A stretch of 64,000 bases of DNA, taken from assembly GCA_002269645.1 (NCBI GenBank), contig NIVC01002479.1, forward strand, positions 62,001 through 126,000, written 5' to 3'. Below the pieces are notes generated by a model. The model did no database searches and had not been told where the DNA came from. It worked only from the letters and a program-made list of their open reading frames with translations. The stretch is from Macrostomum lignano. Taxonomy: Eukaryota. Both the position numbers and the translations under genes were made by a program. This document shows positions 22,030-34,222 of the stretch, in pieces; position 1 is the stretch's first letter, and the number at the start of each line of letters is the position of its first letter.

Positions 22030-22296
22030 TTTATTAATAATAATAACAGATTACGCTTGCCTTAATGGCCAGATGTGCAACCGACAGCTCAGCCGCAGCT
22101 ATCGCATCTGAAGGTTGCGTACGGCTGTTCAGTCCAAGGACTGGGGGGGAGGTCGCCACACACCCTCAATTACCCCAGCTAATGCTGGCACCTCAGGTCT
22201 TGCTCAAAGACACAAATTGTATCGAGTAGGACGAGAATCGAACCCCTGACCTTTCAGTCGTGAGTCCGACGCTCTAACCACTGGGCTACAGTTCCC
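22030..22296 (-). mobile_element. tRNA-headed CORE-like SINE, copy 2 (full head-to-tail, internal CORE deletion), in CLC intron 6
   Basis: A-box TAGCCCAGTGG, perfect B-box GGTTCGATTC, GTGTCTTTGAGCAAGAC, a body shared with copy 1 (GCCAGCATTAGCTGGGGTAATTGAGGGTGTGTGGC) and a (TTA)n tail. Confidence 0.8.
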
Positions 22297-22404
22297 TCAA
22301 TTATTGCAAGGAATTCATAGAAATTAGTTGGGTTTCTAAATAGAATAAAGATTAACAGAGGTTTGTTAGAGTAGAGTCACAAGTGAGAACATTGAAAGCC
22401 TCAC

Positions 22405-23023
22405 CAATGGCCATCACCAGATCCCGCCTAGTAACAAATCCTATCAGATAGTGATAATCGGCTGATAGCACCACCGGAAAGCCGTTCACTTGGCACTCGG
22501 CCAGCAGCCGGTTGATCTTGTCGACAGTGTCTTCAGCCTGGCGCAGCACCCGCAACGGCCGGCGCATCACGTCGCCAGCAAGGGCGGAAGCGTCGTCCAC
22601 ATCAGCGGCTGCCGCATCGGCTGCCGGCCGCTCCCAGCTGGCCAGGAACGGGTAGCCGTTCAGCCGGATGTGCGCCTCGTAGATGCCGCCGCCGCCGCTG
22701 AGGCCGTCGCCGACCCACTTGCTGGTGAGGGCGGCGATCATCAGCGGCAGGCTGTACTCAAGGCCGCCGGTCAGCTCCAGCATGATGGCCACCAGAGACA
22801 GCGTCATGCGGGTCACGCCGCCAAGAGCGGCCGCTGCGCCCACCATGGCGTACAGGCCGCTGTTGACACACGGCTGGCCCTGCGCCACCGCGGCCGCGCT
22901 GCACAACCGGTTGAATGGGAAATAGGCGGCGTTGGGCGCGGCCAGCTGCTCGAGCAGGCTGCCAACAATGCGACCGGCGATGGCACCGACAGCCAGGGAG
23001 GGAATGAACAGGCCGGAGGGGAC
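22405..23023 (-). CDS. CLCN3/4/5: CLC exchanger, exon 6
   Basis: [18 protein letters not shown]...[32 protein letters not shown]...CBS1 NGFPVV; cccgcag|GTC and ATTG|GTGAG junctions. Confidence 0.92.
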
Positions 23024-23064
23024 CTGCGGGCAGAGGGGACGTCAAGGAATACTAAATACATGCA

Positions 23065-23370
23065 GACATGGATTTAAAACCTGACGCTCAAGGACTACTA
23101 AACAAACATGGATTGGAGAGGTGAAGAGGGTGGTCAGGGACTACTAAATAAACATGGATTAGAGAGGTAAAGAGGGCGGTCAGGGACTACTAAATAAACA
23201 TAGACTGAAGAGGTAAAGAGGGCGGTCAGGGACTATTAAATAGACCTGGATTGAAGAGATGAGCAGGGCGGTCAGGAACTAAATGAACATGGATTGGAGG
23301 TGAAGGGTGGGTCAGGGACTACTAAATAAACACGGATTGGACAGTTGTGGGCAGCAACGGTCAGGGGCTA
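23065..23370. repeat. Intronic minisatellite, ~46-bp unit (CLC intron 5)
   Basis: ACATGGATT...GGTCAGGGACTACTAAATA repeated, e.g. at 23106 and 23152. Confidence 0.85.
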
Positions 23371-23657
23371 CTTAATATGCATGAACAGGGCTTGCCTTGA
23401 AAAGCGAATGGACATTCTTTGTGACCGCTCTATCATGTTCATACTGCGTCTTCCTGTGACAATGAGTGTTTTTAATTAAAATTTTAATAAAAACTTTTCT
23501 TTGAACTTTAGCTCTAGTTCTTCTGCTACTACTTGTACTGAATCGGCAGTAGTGTAAACAGGATATCAGCATGTAATAAATTTCGATACCAAATTGCCAA
23601 GTTTTCAGACAATATGTTGTGTTAAATACTCTATGAAGGCAAAATTTTCTGAATCAC

Positions 23658-23939
23658 CTTAATGCCAAAGGTGAACACGGTGGCCACAATTTTGAACAGG
23701 TAGGCAATGCTCAGCTTCCACAAGGCTGCATCAAGGCGGGCATCGCCGGCCACCACGACGGCGGCGCCTGTGCCAGTTGTCGCCGTACCGTTGACCGCCA
23801 CGGCGCCAAAGTCGCACAGTTCGCTGACATCCTCGGGACCGCAGCGGCTGAACAGCAGGCGGACAAGGCGGGCCGTCCCCATCCGGGTATAGGGATTAGG
23901 GAAGGCCGCCAGGGCTGTGAGGCTGGCCACTGCTGCCAC
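23658..23939 (-). CDS. CLCN3/4/5: CLC exchanger, exon 5
   Basis: VAAVASLTALAAFPNPYTRM...LWKLSIAYLFKIVATVFTFGIK; ttaccag|GTG and AAG|GTGATT junctions. Confidence 0.9.
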
Positions 23940-24037
23940 CTGGTAAAGTGAATTGGCTGATTTTCAAATGCTGTTTTCTCTACTGCCTGCGAGTGAGTAG
24001 AAAGAAACGGACATTATTTAAAATCACATCAATCAGA

Positions 24038-24385
24038 CAAAGCATCTGAATGATGAAGCATCTGAATGATGAAGCATCTGAATGATGAAGCATCTGAATG
24101 ATGAAGCATCTGAATGATGAAGCATCTGAATGATGAAGCATCTGAATGATGAAGCATCTGAATGATGAAGCATCTGAATGATGAAGCATCTGAATGATGA
24201 AGCATCTGAATGATGAAGCATCTGAATGATGAAGCATCTGAATGATGAAGCATCTGAATGATAAAGCATCTGAATGATAAAGCATCTGAATGATGAAGCA
24301 TCTGAATGATGAAGCATCTGAATGATGAAGCATCTGAATGATGAAGCATCTGAATGATGAAGCATCTGGATGATGAAGCACCTGA
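24038..24385. repeat. Intronic minisatellite, 16-bp unit TCTGAATGATGAAGCA (CLC intron 4)
   Basis: Near-perfect tandem copies; explains the [16 protein letters not shown] ORFs. Confidence 0.95.
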
Positions 24386-24435
24386 ATGACGCTACGAACA
24401 CACGAAAGATAAAGCATCTGATCCTTCAAACCAAC

Positions 24436-25161
24436 CTCAGCGATGGGGTGTCGCCCTAGCGCTCCCAGCTTCCGCCTTCGGCACAGCCAGACGTTCGCTT
24501 TGACAAAACCGGCCCCAAACAGGCCGCCCAGAATGCCTAGAAGTACAAACGGGCCAACCTCCAGGGCCGACCATGCAGAGCGGTAATTGACAGCGAACAG
24601 CACGAGATGATCGTTGCCAAACGGATTAACCAGCTTCAGCACCGAAGCTGCCACCATGCTGCAGAAGAAGCTGCGCCACAGAGTCTTCAGTGGGAAATAG
24701 TAGCTGGCCTCTTCAAGGCTGAACAGCACGCCGCCAAGCGGGGCACCGAATGCGATGCTCACCCCGGCTGCCGCCGCGGCAGACAGAACCTCCCGCTTCT
24801 TGGCCTCGTTGCGGTTGTACTTGGGAAACAGCCTGGCTATGATGTTGCCACAGCAGGCCGCCATGTGCACCATGGGGCCCTCCTTGCCCAGGCTGAGGCC
24901 CGATGCCACGGCCAGCATAATACCCAGAGATTTCACTAGCAGAGTCCACCAGCCCAGGTAGCCGCGAATGACAAATCCGGATAGGATGGTCTTAATCTCC
25001 GGGATGCCCGAGCCGCAGGCGTACGGGGCCAGGCTGCGGACCAGAGTGGCAGTCAGCAGGGCAAACAGAAGAGACCAGGTGACGTACAGCGAGTACTGCA
25101 GTGCATAGTTCTGCGGATCTGTGGCGCTCGCATCGAAAATTAGCTCCGGCCAAGGATACCA
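24436..25161 (-). CDS. CLCN3/4/5: CLC exchanger, exon 4 (selectivity filter and both key glutamates)
   Basis: GSGIPE, GKEGP (gating Glu) and GGVLFSLEE (proton Glu) indicate a 2Cl-/H+ exchanger; ttttccag|TGG and GAG|GTTGGT junctions. Confidence 0.95.
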
Positions 25162-25189
25162 CTGGAAAATAATGCGGAACATCAGCTTT

Positions 25190-25745
25190 GATTGGATAGA
25201 AGATAGCTCGATACTGATTGGACGAGAGCTAGTTCGGATGCCTATTATATGGGAGCTAGTTCGATGCTGATTGGAATGGGAGCTATTTCGATGCTGATTG
25301 GATGGGAGCTAGTTCGATTCTGATTGGATGGGAGCTATTTTGATGCTGATTGGATGGGAGCTAGTTCGATGCTGATTGGATGGGAGCTATTTCGATGCTG
25401 ATTGGATGGGAGCTAGTTCGATGCTGATTGGATGGGAGCTAGTTCGATGCTGATTAAAGGTAGCTAGCTCGATGCTGATTGGATAGGAGCTAGTTCGATG
25501 CTGATTGGATGGGAGCTAGTTCAATGCTGATTGGATGGGACCCAGTTTGATGTTGATTGCATGGGAGCTAGTTCAATGCTGATTGGATGGGAGCCAGTTT
25601 GATGCTGATTGGATGGGAGCTAGCTCGGATGGTGATTGGATGGGAGCTAGTTCAATGCTGATTGGGTGGGAGCCAGTTTGATGCTGATTGGATGGGAGCT
25701 AGCTCGGGTGCTGATTGGATGGGAGCTAGCTCGGGTGTTGATTTG
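25190..25745. repeat. Intronic minisatellite, 26-bp unit TTCGATGCTGATTGGATGGGAGCTAG (CLC intron 3)
   Basis: Tandem copies that degrade toward both edges. Confidence 0.92.
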
Positions 25746-25847
25746 ATGATCTCAGTACTCAGTACCGTAGGACGCAACTAATCTCATAGTTTTAATTGAA
25801 TTAAAACAAAATTAGTTGCAATATTACTGCCTGGAGCAATCCCCCAC

Positions 25848-26005
25848 CTGTTGACAAGCCGCCTCTTCATTGGCTGCGTCCATTGCAGTGTCATTCGCCG
25901 ACCAGCAGCACTGCTCCCGGTTCAGCCAGAATGCACCGGGGCAGATTCCTTCGCGCAGGTCAGACATCCAGGCCGTGCCAACATCCACTATGCCGGCCAC
26001 GAGAC
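25848..26005 (-). CDS. CLCN3/4/5: CLC exchanger, exon 3
   Basis: G-LVAGIVDVGTAWMSDLREGICPGAFWLNREQCCWS...ACQQ; ctgctcag|GT and CAG|GTGGGG junctions. Confidence 0.9.
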
Positions 26006-26029
26006 CTGAGCAGGAGTTGGAGTTGCTTG

Positions 26030-26550
26030 CAATGCTCACCGGCAGCCATCACTCCTCACCGGCAGCCATCACCCCTCACCGGCAGCCATCACCCCTCACC
26101 GGCAGCCATTACCCCTCACCGGCAGCCATCACCCCTCACCGGCAGCCATCACCCCTCACCGGCAGCCATCACCCCTCACCGGCAGCCATCACCCCTGACC
26201 GGCAGCCATCACCCCTCACCGGCAGCGATCACCCCTCACCGGCAGCCATCACCCCTCACCGGCAGCCATCACCCCTCACCGGCAGCCATCACTCCTCACC
26301 GGCAGCCATCACCCCTCACCGGCAGCCATCACCCCTCACCGGCAGCCATCACCCCTCACCGGCAGCCATCACCCCTCACCGGCAGCCATCACCCCTCACC
26401 GGCAGCCATCACAACTCACCGGCAGCCATCACCCCTCACCGGCAGCCATCACCCCTCACCGGCAGCCATCACAACTCACCGGCAGCCATCACCCCTCACC
26501 GGCAGCCATCACCCCTCACCGGCAGCCATCACAACTCACCGGCAGCAATC
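26030..26550 (-). repeat. 20-bp tandem repeat made from the exon 2/intron 2 splice junction of the CLC gene
   Basis: Minus-strand unit GATGGCTGCCG|GTGAGGGGT, with 26 junction-like sites at a 20-nt period. Confidence 0.93.
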
Positions 26551-26731
26551 GCGATCAGGCCAACGCACAGCCATCCGGAGAGGCCGTCAACAAGGACTGA
26601 CAGGCGACCCCGCCAGGTCTCCCTCGCTCGCCTCAGCAGCTCCCTCCGGCGCCGCCTGTGCCTGCCGATGTCCTTCAGCCAGTCGATGGTTTCAAAGTCG
26701 TCGTATTGGCCGTCGTCAGTGGCTCCAGTGT
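26540..26731 (-). CDS. CLCN3/4/5: CLC exchanger, exon 2
   Basis: D-TGATDDGQYDDFETIDWLKD...GLSGWLCVGLIAIAA (compare YDDFHTIDW of CLC-3); 192 nt, phase 1-1. Confidence 0.9.
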
Positions 26732-27389
26732 CTGGTATGCAATAATCACATAGTGCCAGCTGTCAGCTTTATTCGTTGATTTTCAATCTTCACGGTCGAT
26801 AAACAACTGAAGTAGGACTCTGCATTCGTTCCTTACCTGCCTACAGTTCGTTTCTAAGAAAGTCGAGTGTAGCATCCTACTTTAATTGTCCATGTCCTCA
26901 CCAAAAATCCTCACAACTCCAGCTGGCATACTTTACAGCAAGATTCATGCAACCAAATACGCATAGCAGGATTTACATATTTTCCAGGTGAGTTTTATTT
27001 AGCGTCTGATTAGGGCATCTGTAATATAAGTGGTGCCTAGAGAATCTTACACGAAAAAAAGTTTTGCATTAATGATAGGTTAATAGGTCTGCTAGGGGCA
27101 GAATCTACAATAGTTGGAGTTTGTGCTGGCACTATATAGTTTAGAGATATTGCACAGCCTTTAATAACAGAGTAAATGTGATACCAGACCAAACGAAAGA
27201 AATTTGAGAATGTCTGTTGTCAGAAGAATTATACAAGCATTGAAGCTAAGGTTTACTGGAATTATCAGAAAGGGTAACAGGGCAACTTGTGGCAGAGAGG
27301 GGGCTACATATTATATAGCTAAGTTATGCCAATTTACGAGCGTAGATCCAGCTCCATAGAGTCATAGCCAACATTGCCAACAGACTTAC

Positions 27390-27630
27390 CTGAGTGTGCA
27401 GTGCCAGGAAACTTGGCTGTCTGATCCCTAAGCAGTCCAACTGATGCTGCTGCATCTTCTGTCTCTTCTTCTGCGGCGCTATCTTCAGAATCCAAACCCA
27501 CTGGCCGAGGTGCAGGTGCAAATGCTTGATAGCTGCCAGCAGTTGCATCTGCTCCTGCTGCAGATGGAAGGCTAGCAACTAGGGAATCAGTTTCCTGCCT
27601 CCCAATGCCTGACTTTGCTGCCTTAGGCAT
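27390..27630 (-). CDS. CLCN3/4/5: CLC exchanger, exon 1 (disordered N-terminus)
   Basis: MPKAAKSG...GTAHS with donor TCAG|GTAAGT in phase 1, matching exon 2. The eight exons total 2520 nt = 839 aa plus stop. Confidence 0.7.
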
Positions 27631-30600
27631 TGGGCATTGGGCTAGAATTCCCTGGCTATATCATTCACTTACTGCTGCTGAAGAGTCTGAAGCCTAACAA
27701 GTGCTGAAAAAAATGCAAAATAATAAGCTTTGCAATTTGATCATTATAAGCTAATGGTAGCTAAACTGCATATGGCCTGTGAGTACTAATGCAGCCATAC
27801 TTAAATCTCTAAGCTACCTAGTTAGGTGGTTGGTTGGTGGCTTTATACAATTAGCTAGCTAGCTTGCTAAGCCAGGGAGATCTACTAGGCTCACTCACAC
27901 TAACTGATGTGCATCTCCCAATGCCCCTTATGTACTATTTGCCTGTGTATAAGAATAAGATAAAATAATAAACTTTACTTTCTTTCTTTACCTTGCTTAA
28001 AATTATAAATTGCAAGCCACTGAAGGCTATAGGCCTACAATACCTAAAGATCACAAATATATAAGCCATCTAATTCTAATTGTACTAAGTTACAATTCTA
28101 AGCTAAACTGTAAGTTCTTTGACTTAATACTTGGTACTATTACAAATAATTTCACAAGGTATGATATTAATGTTCAAATTATTAAATAGAGTATTTCAAA
28201 TCTGGAGTTTCTGTGGTCCTAGAAACTCGTTTTTACTTGTTGGATAAAACTTGAAATAAGTGCTTAGGGTCTAGCCTAAATAGATTTTATAAAACTTTAT
28301 TTGCATATTTAAAGTATAAATTAAAGTTTATAGTTATAAGTTATTAGCTACAATTAAAATCATAGTCCAAAAGATTGAAGCATTGAAGTCAAAAATGAAA
28401 ACACAATAAGCAAAACATTTATCGGCTGACTGACCATATTTTAAAATTTTTGGTCCGATCTCTGATGGGCAAAGTTTCATTGAGACTATACTAACTGTCT
28501 TTTAATAATAGACCTTTATCGATTCTTTAGTTGCTTCTGTCTACAAGTCTACAACAATGTAAAAGAAAAGAAAAAATATTAGCAAAAAGCGTTTATCATA
28601 CATAAATCTGTAAAAACGATAACATGTCTACTATATGTAGTAGCAGGCATGTAAAACAAGGCATAAAGAAATACATGCAGCTTGGAAAAGTATATATCGA
28701 TTACATGTTAAATATTTATAGCCAAACATTCACACAGAAAATTTGTTGCTCTTGTTGTAATTTCATTGAGGTAATATAGAAAATGTCTGCCGTTTGCTTT
28801 TACATGGATATATACACCATAAATTGCTTTTAAAATATTGATACGTTATTATAAATAAATCGTTTAGGTACTAATTCAAGTTTGCGCACGTTTGAGTTTC
28901 GTACACAGTCAGTAGTAGTCTAGCAAGCGTCGTTTGATCGTCAACGGCACAGCAATCAGATTAATTATCATAGGCGTCGTTATTAATAACATTTGTAACA
29001 CTTGGCTACCACAAAGCAATTTTAGTTGATTAAACTTCAAATGATTGTTTTATTTGACCCTCAAGTCAAGGTCGAATGCATAGGCCCTACTGCATTTATT
29101 ATTTATATTGCCCAATTTAAAGTAATTTAACTTTTAAGACTTTATAACTTAACTATAATCTATATTGTTAAGTAAGCAAAAGGCCAAGGCCAAAGACTTT
29201 GGCTTTTGTTTGGATTACATTATATTATATTATACACTGCTATCCTACCTAGCATTCTTCTAGGCCTAGCAGTATTCATACTAGTTTTGGATATTGCAAC
29301 ACACAGCAGCCCATCTAGGACTATACCTATAGCAATAGGCCCCTAATGTAGTGATTTCCTGACAGATATTTAGACGGATGATTCAAATAAAGAAGTATTC
29401 TGTTTAACAAAGATATTGTTTGCTTTTGTATATAGGAAAAACTTTTCAGTAATTTTAGGTGTCCAAGGCTTCATTTTAAAGTTAAGACATGCGTAAATAT
29501 ATGTAACTGATATTTAGGACTCAGAGACAAAAGAAATCAATGCCATGTAGCCTAGTGAAAAAAATATCTGAAGTATTATTAGAGCCTTTTTTGTTTTAGT
29601 CCAGACACAATTCTAGTGCAATTTTTGCCAAATATAAACATTGACGAGTAGCACTCGCAATGTCAATTAAAAGCAAATACTTTTAGCAGAGCAGGAATTT
29701 ATTTTTTGACTTAGAGTTGAGCAGAAAATATGCAAGCATGCTTTAAACACAAAAATGTCTATAGGCCTAGAGTCAGCACAATATTATATGTGTAATATAT
29801 TATTGTTGATGAGATGGGCATATAAAGGTGTAGAAATTATTTTCTGTTCAAAAAGATCTTTATAAAGTTCAGAAAATTCCTTTTAAACTTAAAGCAGAGT
29901 AGTAACACTGCAAACTTTTGTGTTGCTAAACTGTAGTATTTGGCATTTTTTTCTTCAATTCAACCATAAAAAATGAAAACTTTTGGATCAAAAGAAAGTT
30001 CCCAGATGTGTACAAAAATGGCTAAAATACAGTCTGCATTGAATATCTTTGTTAAACAGAATAGGCCTACTCCTTTATTTGAATCGTCTATCTGAATATC
30101 TTTTGGGAAATCACTATATATGGCAATATAACAGGCAACAGCCAAATCCAAGATTTTTTGTATATCAAATATGCAAAATCTGGCAATATCTTATTTTTTA
30201 GTTTCCTGCATTAAATTATTTTGACAATAAATTTTAAATAAATGAACCAAAACAAGTTTACTAAAGCATACTTAGGACATATATATCTTTAAACTTTGAC
30301 TCATGGTGCATTTTAGTAAACTTATTTTGGTTTGTTTGTTTAAAATTTGGTATTAAAATAGGAGAAGGGAAACTAAGCCATTGCTCAAAATCCCTAATTG
30401 AGCTAGGCTTTATATGTTTTGGCAGATAATTATCTAGTCTAGAAAACCTACTAATAAATTAATAATCTATCATATTGACAATTCAACAATTTCATATTTT
30501 TCACTAAAACAAATATTGTGTAGGCCTAAATAGCCCTAATAAAGCATTGAGTCAAGATCTATAGTCAAATTGGCCTTTACCATTGAAATTTCTAGTATAT

Positions 30601-31640
30601 AATATCTGATGCATATTGTGCAAGTTTTTATTTTTTAAATATAAACCTAAATAGTAAGTTCTAACATAAAATGTAATTATAAAATAGGCTAGGCTCTAAC
30701 AATAAACTATTTCAACTTTTAATCAATCTTTATATTAATTGAATAAATATATATGATTAGTGGCTAAATTTCTACAGGCTAATAGACCATACTGATACAC
30801 ATATGATACACATTTGTAAAGTTTTAACAAACTTCTTGTTGTCTTAAGTTAGCCTTATTTCCCTTAGTAAAGAAACAACTTCTTGTTTTATGCTCAATAT
30901 GTTTACTATAAAAGGAAAAAGAAATTAGACATTGGATATAGCTAAAAAAATACTATAGCCTTCTTATGCATTTTAGGCCTAGTAAAGCTAACTTTTTCTA
31001 GCATAGTTACATTAGTTTTGACTGTTTTGGTTGTATTAAACTTATTCTTATTAATAGTTAAAGGAAAAAATGCTAAAACTATATATTGAACATAAAAATT
31101 TATTGAATAAAGTTATATTATTAAAGAATAATATTTATAGAAAAACTGTATGCTTGCAAAAAAAGAGGCTTCTTGCAATGGATATTCTATTCTAATGTTT
31201 GGAATAAGCATGCCTAGCTAATAAGCATAGGTATAACAAATGGAATACAGGTCTACTTGCTATGCAACATGGGTCTAGAAAAAATTCTCAGTCAAGCTGA
31301 AATTATACACTAGCCTTTTATATTATAGGAATGTCATAACATCATCTTTGATTTTGACAACCTAAATTTGTTTTGTTTTATGTCTTATAAAGATTTAAAC
31401 TGTTTTTTTTGTCTTTTTCCTTGAAAGCTTGAAATTAGGTCTAAGATCAAGATTTGAGAATGTGGTGAAGTCTTAATACTTTTTTAAATTTCTGCATAGA
31501 CTATGAGCTACATGGATTTTTTATGAGTGTTAATCTTGTTTTGCTGAGACAATTTTTTTTTAATTTTCAACATGTTTTCATCAGCTGCAAAGTCAGCTTA
31601 GCAACAGTAATTGCAGAGTAAGTTTCCCAATCATTTCCAG

Positions 31641-32033
31641 GCTCTCAATCCCTGTCTATTCCCACCGAACTTCGCCCAAATTGGGCAGCAATTCACCGAG
31701 GCATTCTATGGCACCCTGCAGACTAACAAGGAGCAATTGGTGAACTTCTATCACGACCAGGCTATGCTAACCTACGAGGGTAGCCAGGTCCAAGGCAAAG
31801 CTGGCATCCTTGAAAAGTACAAGTCGTTGTCGTTTCAACGGATCGCCGCTGCGGTGACCAATGCCGACTACCAGCCAATGGAGAATGGCGTGCTCATCGC
31901 TGTCAATGGCCAGCTGAAAGTGGACGATTCGCCACAGGCGTTGGCCTTCTGCGAGTCATTTTTATTGCGCAATTTTGGCGGCAATTTCGCCATTGTGAAT
32001 CACGTGTTTCGGCTTAGCATTCATAATTTTTAG
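31641..32033 (+). CDS. NTF2: Nuclear transport factor 2 (initiator Met not encoded here)
   Basis: ALNP...FAQIGQQFTEAFY...FYHDQAMLTYEGSQVQGKAGILEK...ADYQP...VNGQLKVDD...NHVFRLSIHNF*; acceptor atttccag| at 31640. Confidence 0.9.
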   Translation, partial: ALNPCLFPPNFAQIGQQFTEAFYGTLQTNKEQLVNFYHDQAMLTYEGSQVQGKAGILEKYKSLSFQRIAAAVTNADYQPMENGVLIAVNGQLKVDDSPQALAFCESFLLRNFGGNFAIVNHVFRLSIHNF

Positions 32034-32239
32034 TAGGCGTTTGCTTTGAAATGTGTTGACTTTTCGAATGAAAGCGTTTGTCATTGTGAAGACAGTGTAG
32101 GCATTTCATGATCTACTCAAACTCAATGTTAGGATTTAGCGTCAGTGATTAATTAGTAAACCAGAAATTGCACTTATCTTAGACTCGCAGTGCTGCACAA
32201 GCTGAGGTGAAAAATTAGGTGTGTTAATTGTCCCAACCA

Positions 32240-32810
32240 GAAAATCAATAAACCTACACGGGCAGGTAGGTTTATGACCCAGCAAGAAAATCGATAAAAC
32301 CTACAAGGATGTACGGGTTTATGACCCTCCCTTATTAAATCGATAAACCTACAAGGCTATACGGGCTTTTGACCCCGCCCCTTATTAAATCGATAAACCT
32401 ACAAGGATATACGGGCTTATGACCCCGCCCCTTATTAAATCTATAAACCTACAAGGATATACGGGCTTATGACCCCGCCCCTTATTAAATCTATAAACCT
32501 ACAAGGATATCCGGGTTTATGACCCCGCCTAGTAAATAGATAAACCTACAAGGATATACGGGTTTATGACCCCCCTTATTAAATCAATAAACCTACAAGG
32601 ATATACGGTTTATGACCCCGCCTAGTAAATCAATAAACCTACAAGGATATCCGGTTTTATGACCCCGCCTAGTAAATAGATAAACCTACAAGGATATACG
32701 GGTTTATGACCCCCCTTATTAAATCAATAAACCTACAAGGATATACGGTTTATGACCCCGCCTAGTAAATCAATAAACCTACAAGGATATCCGGCTTTAT
32801 GACTCAGCCA
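32240..32810. repeat. Minisatellite, ~47-50-bp unit (ATAAACCTACAAGGATATACGGGTTTATGACCCC)
   Basis: Tandem copies, e.g. CGATAAACCT at 32341 and 32391. Confidence 0.9.
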
Positions 32811-34222
32811 GAAAACGATAACGAAGCTGAAAGTAATAATTCCATTTTTAATTTGGACAGCCAATGTGCATTAATTGAACTGTTATTTGAACATAAGAAT
32901 AGAAAATACATGCTTTAGTAGTTTTACTTCAATCAAGCCTGTTTATTGCCGGTTAATATACTTATGTTATACATAGAAATGACTTTGCTTTGTGTATGCA
33001 TCCCCAATGCCAGTATTTCTGGCTGGTAAATCATAAACTTTGGTCTAACTGCTCGTGTTTCTATTTTTATTAATTAAGAAGATTCGCCAAAATGTTAAAC
33101 GTCAATGCAATTAATAATTCAGTAGGTCTTTTATTATGCCTATCCGCTGGCTGCACCGTATCCTTTATCTCTATAATTTTGCCATCGTAATTTCTAGTTC
33201 GTCTCGGTTGAAACAAAAAATACAATATATTATGCACATACACGGCTTGTCAGCTACCGTCCGTGGCTGCAATGCTTCTATATACTGTAGAAATTCAAAA
33301 ATGTGTGCAAGGTTATTGCCATAGTCTTTTAATTGGCGAAAGAGACTACAGTTAGATAGACTTCGTGGATTATGAAATTTTGACCAGAATGCACTTTCGA
33401 GCTTGTTAAAGTGGCCGAGGTTGTCAAACAACATCATCCCAATTGGCCCTCAAGGCTGTGAATCGCACGACGAACCCCTGGGTCCCCAATGTTCCTGCAC
33501 ACAAGCCCTAAAGGAATGTTGAATCGAACCAGGGGTCAGACAGATTTACTTCTCTGCCTCCCCCTACGGTTTCTCATCTTGAAGAGCTTTAAGTTAATCA
33601 AAAAAGTTGTCGGCTGACAGTAAATCAGGGACTCAGCGCGCCACTTTTGGATGCCGTAACTTGCGCATACAGATGTCCACCACAAACAAGGTTTCACAAT
33701 TTCCCATCAGATTTTGACCGGTACATGTAAGTGATTGAGATTGGCATTTAGCAGTTTCTCTATTGCTCATACTAATCTGTTGGGCCTATTCACATTGCAG
33801 ATAATGTCAACTGTGCAATAGTGCGTTCATTTTGTGTCGCTTGAGTTCAGTATAGTAAGTTTTGTCTCATTTAGCATACTTGATATGAGCCGGCTTTTAC
33901 CAGTTTAGCTTGCTTACCAGTTTTCTATATCTATTGATGGTGAGACGTCTATTAAACATGATGCTTTATCAGTATCCTCTGCACTGCTTTCGGTTTCGGC
34001 GCCTTGATCGAAAAAGTAGTGCAGTGCACTCGCATGCATTTCGGAGTCATAGACATTGTACTGATTGAGCATTCTGTTGTAGAGTGTTATATCTCCCGCA
34101 TAAGTAAAATAAGTCAATCGTAGTAGAACACTACTATAAGTAAGCTAATGCATGCATGCGCACCTAAAAGATGAATCATGTTACTAATTTTAGCAACCAA
34201 CCAATCACGTGTGACCTACAAT

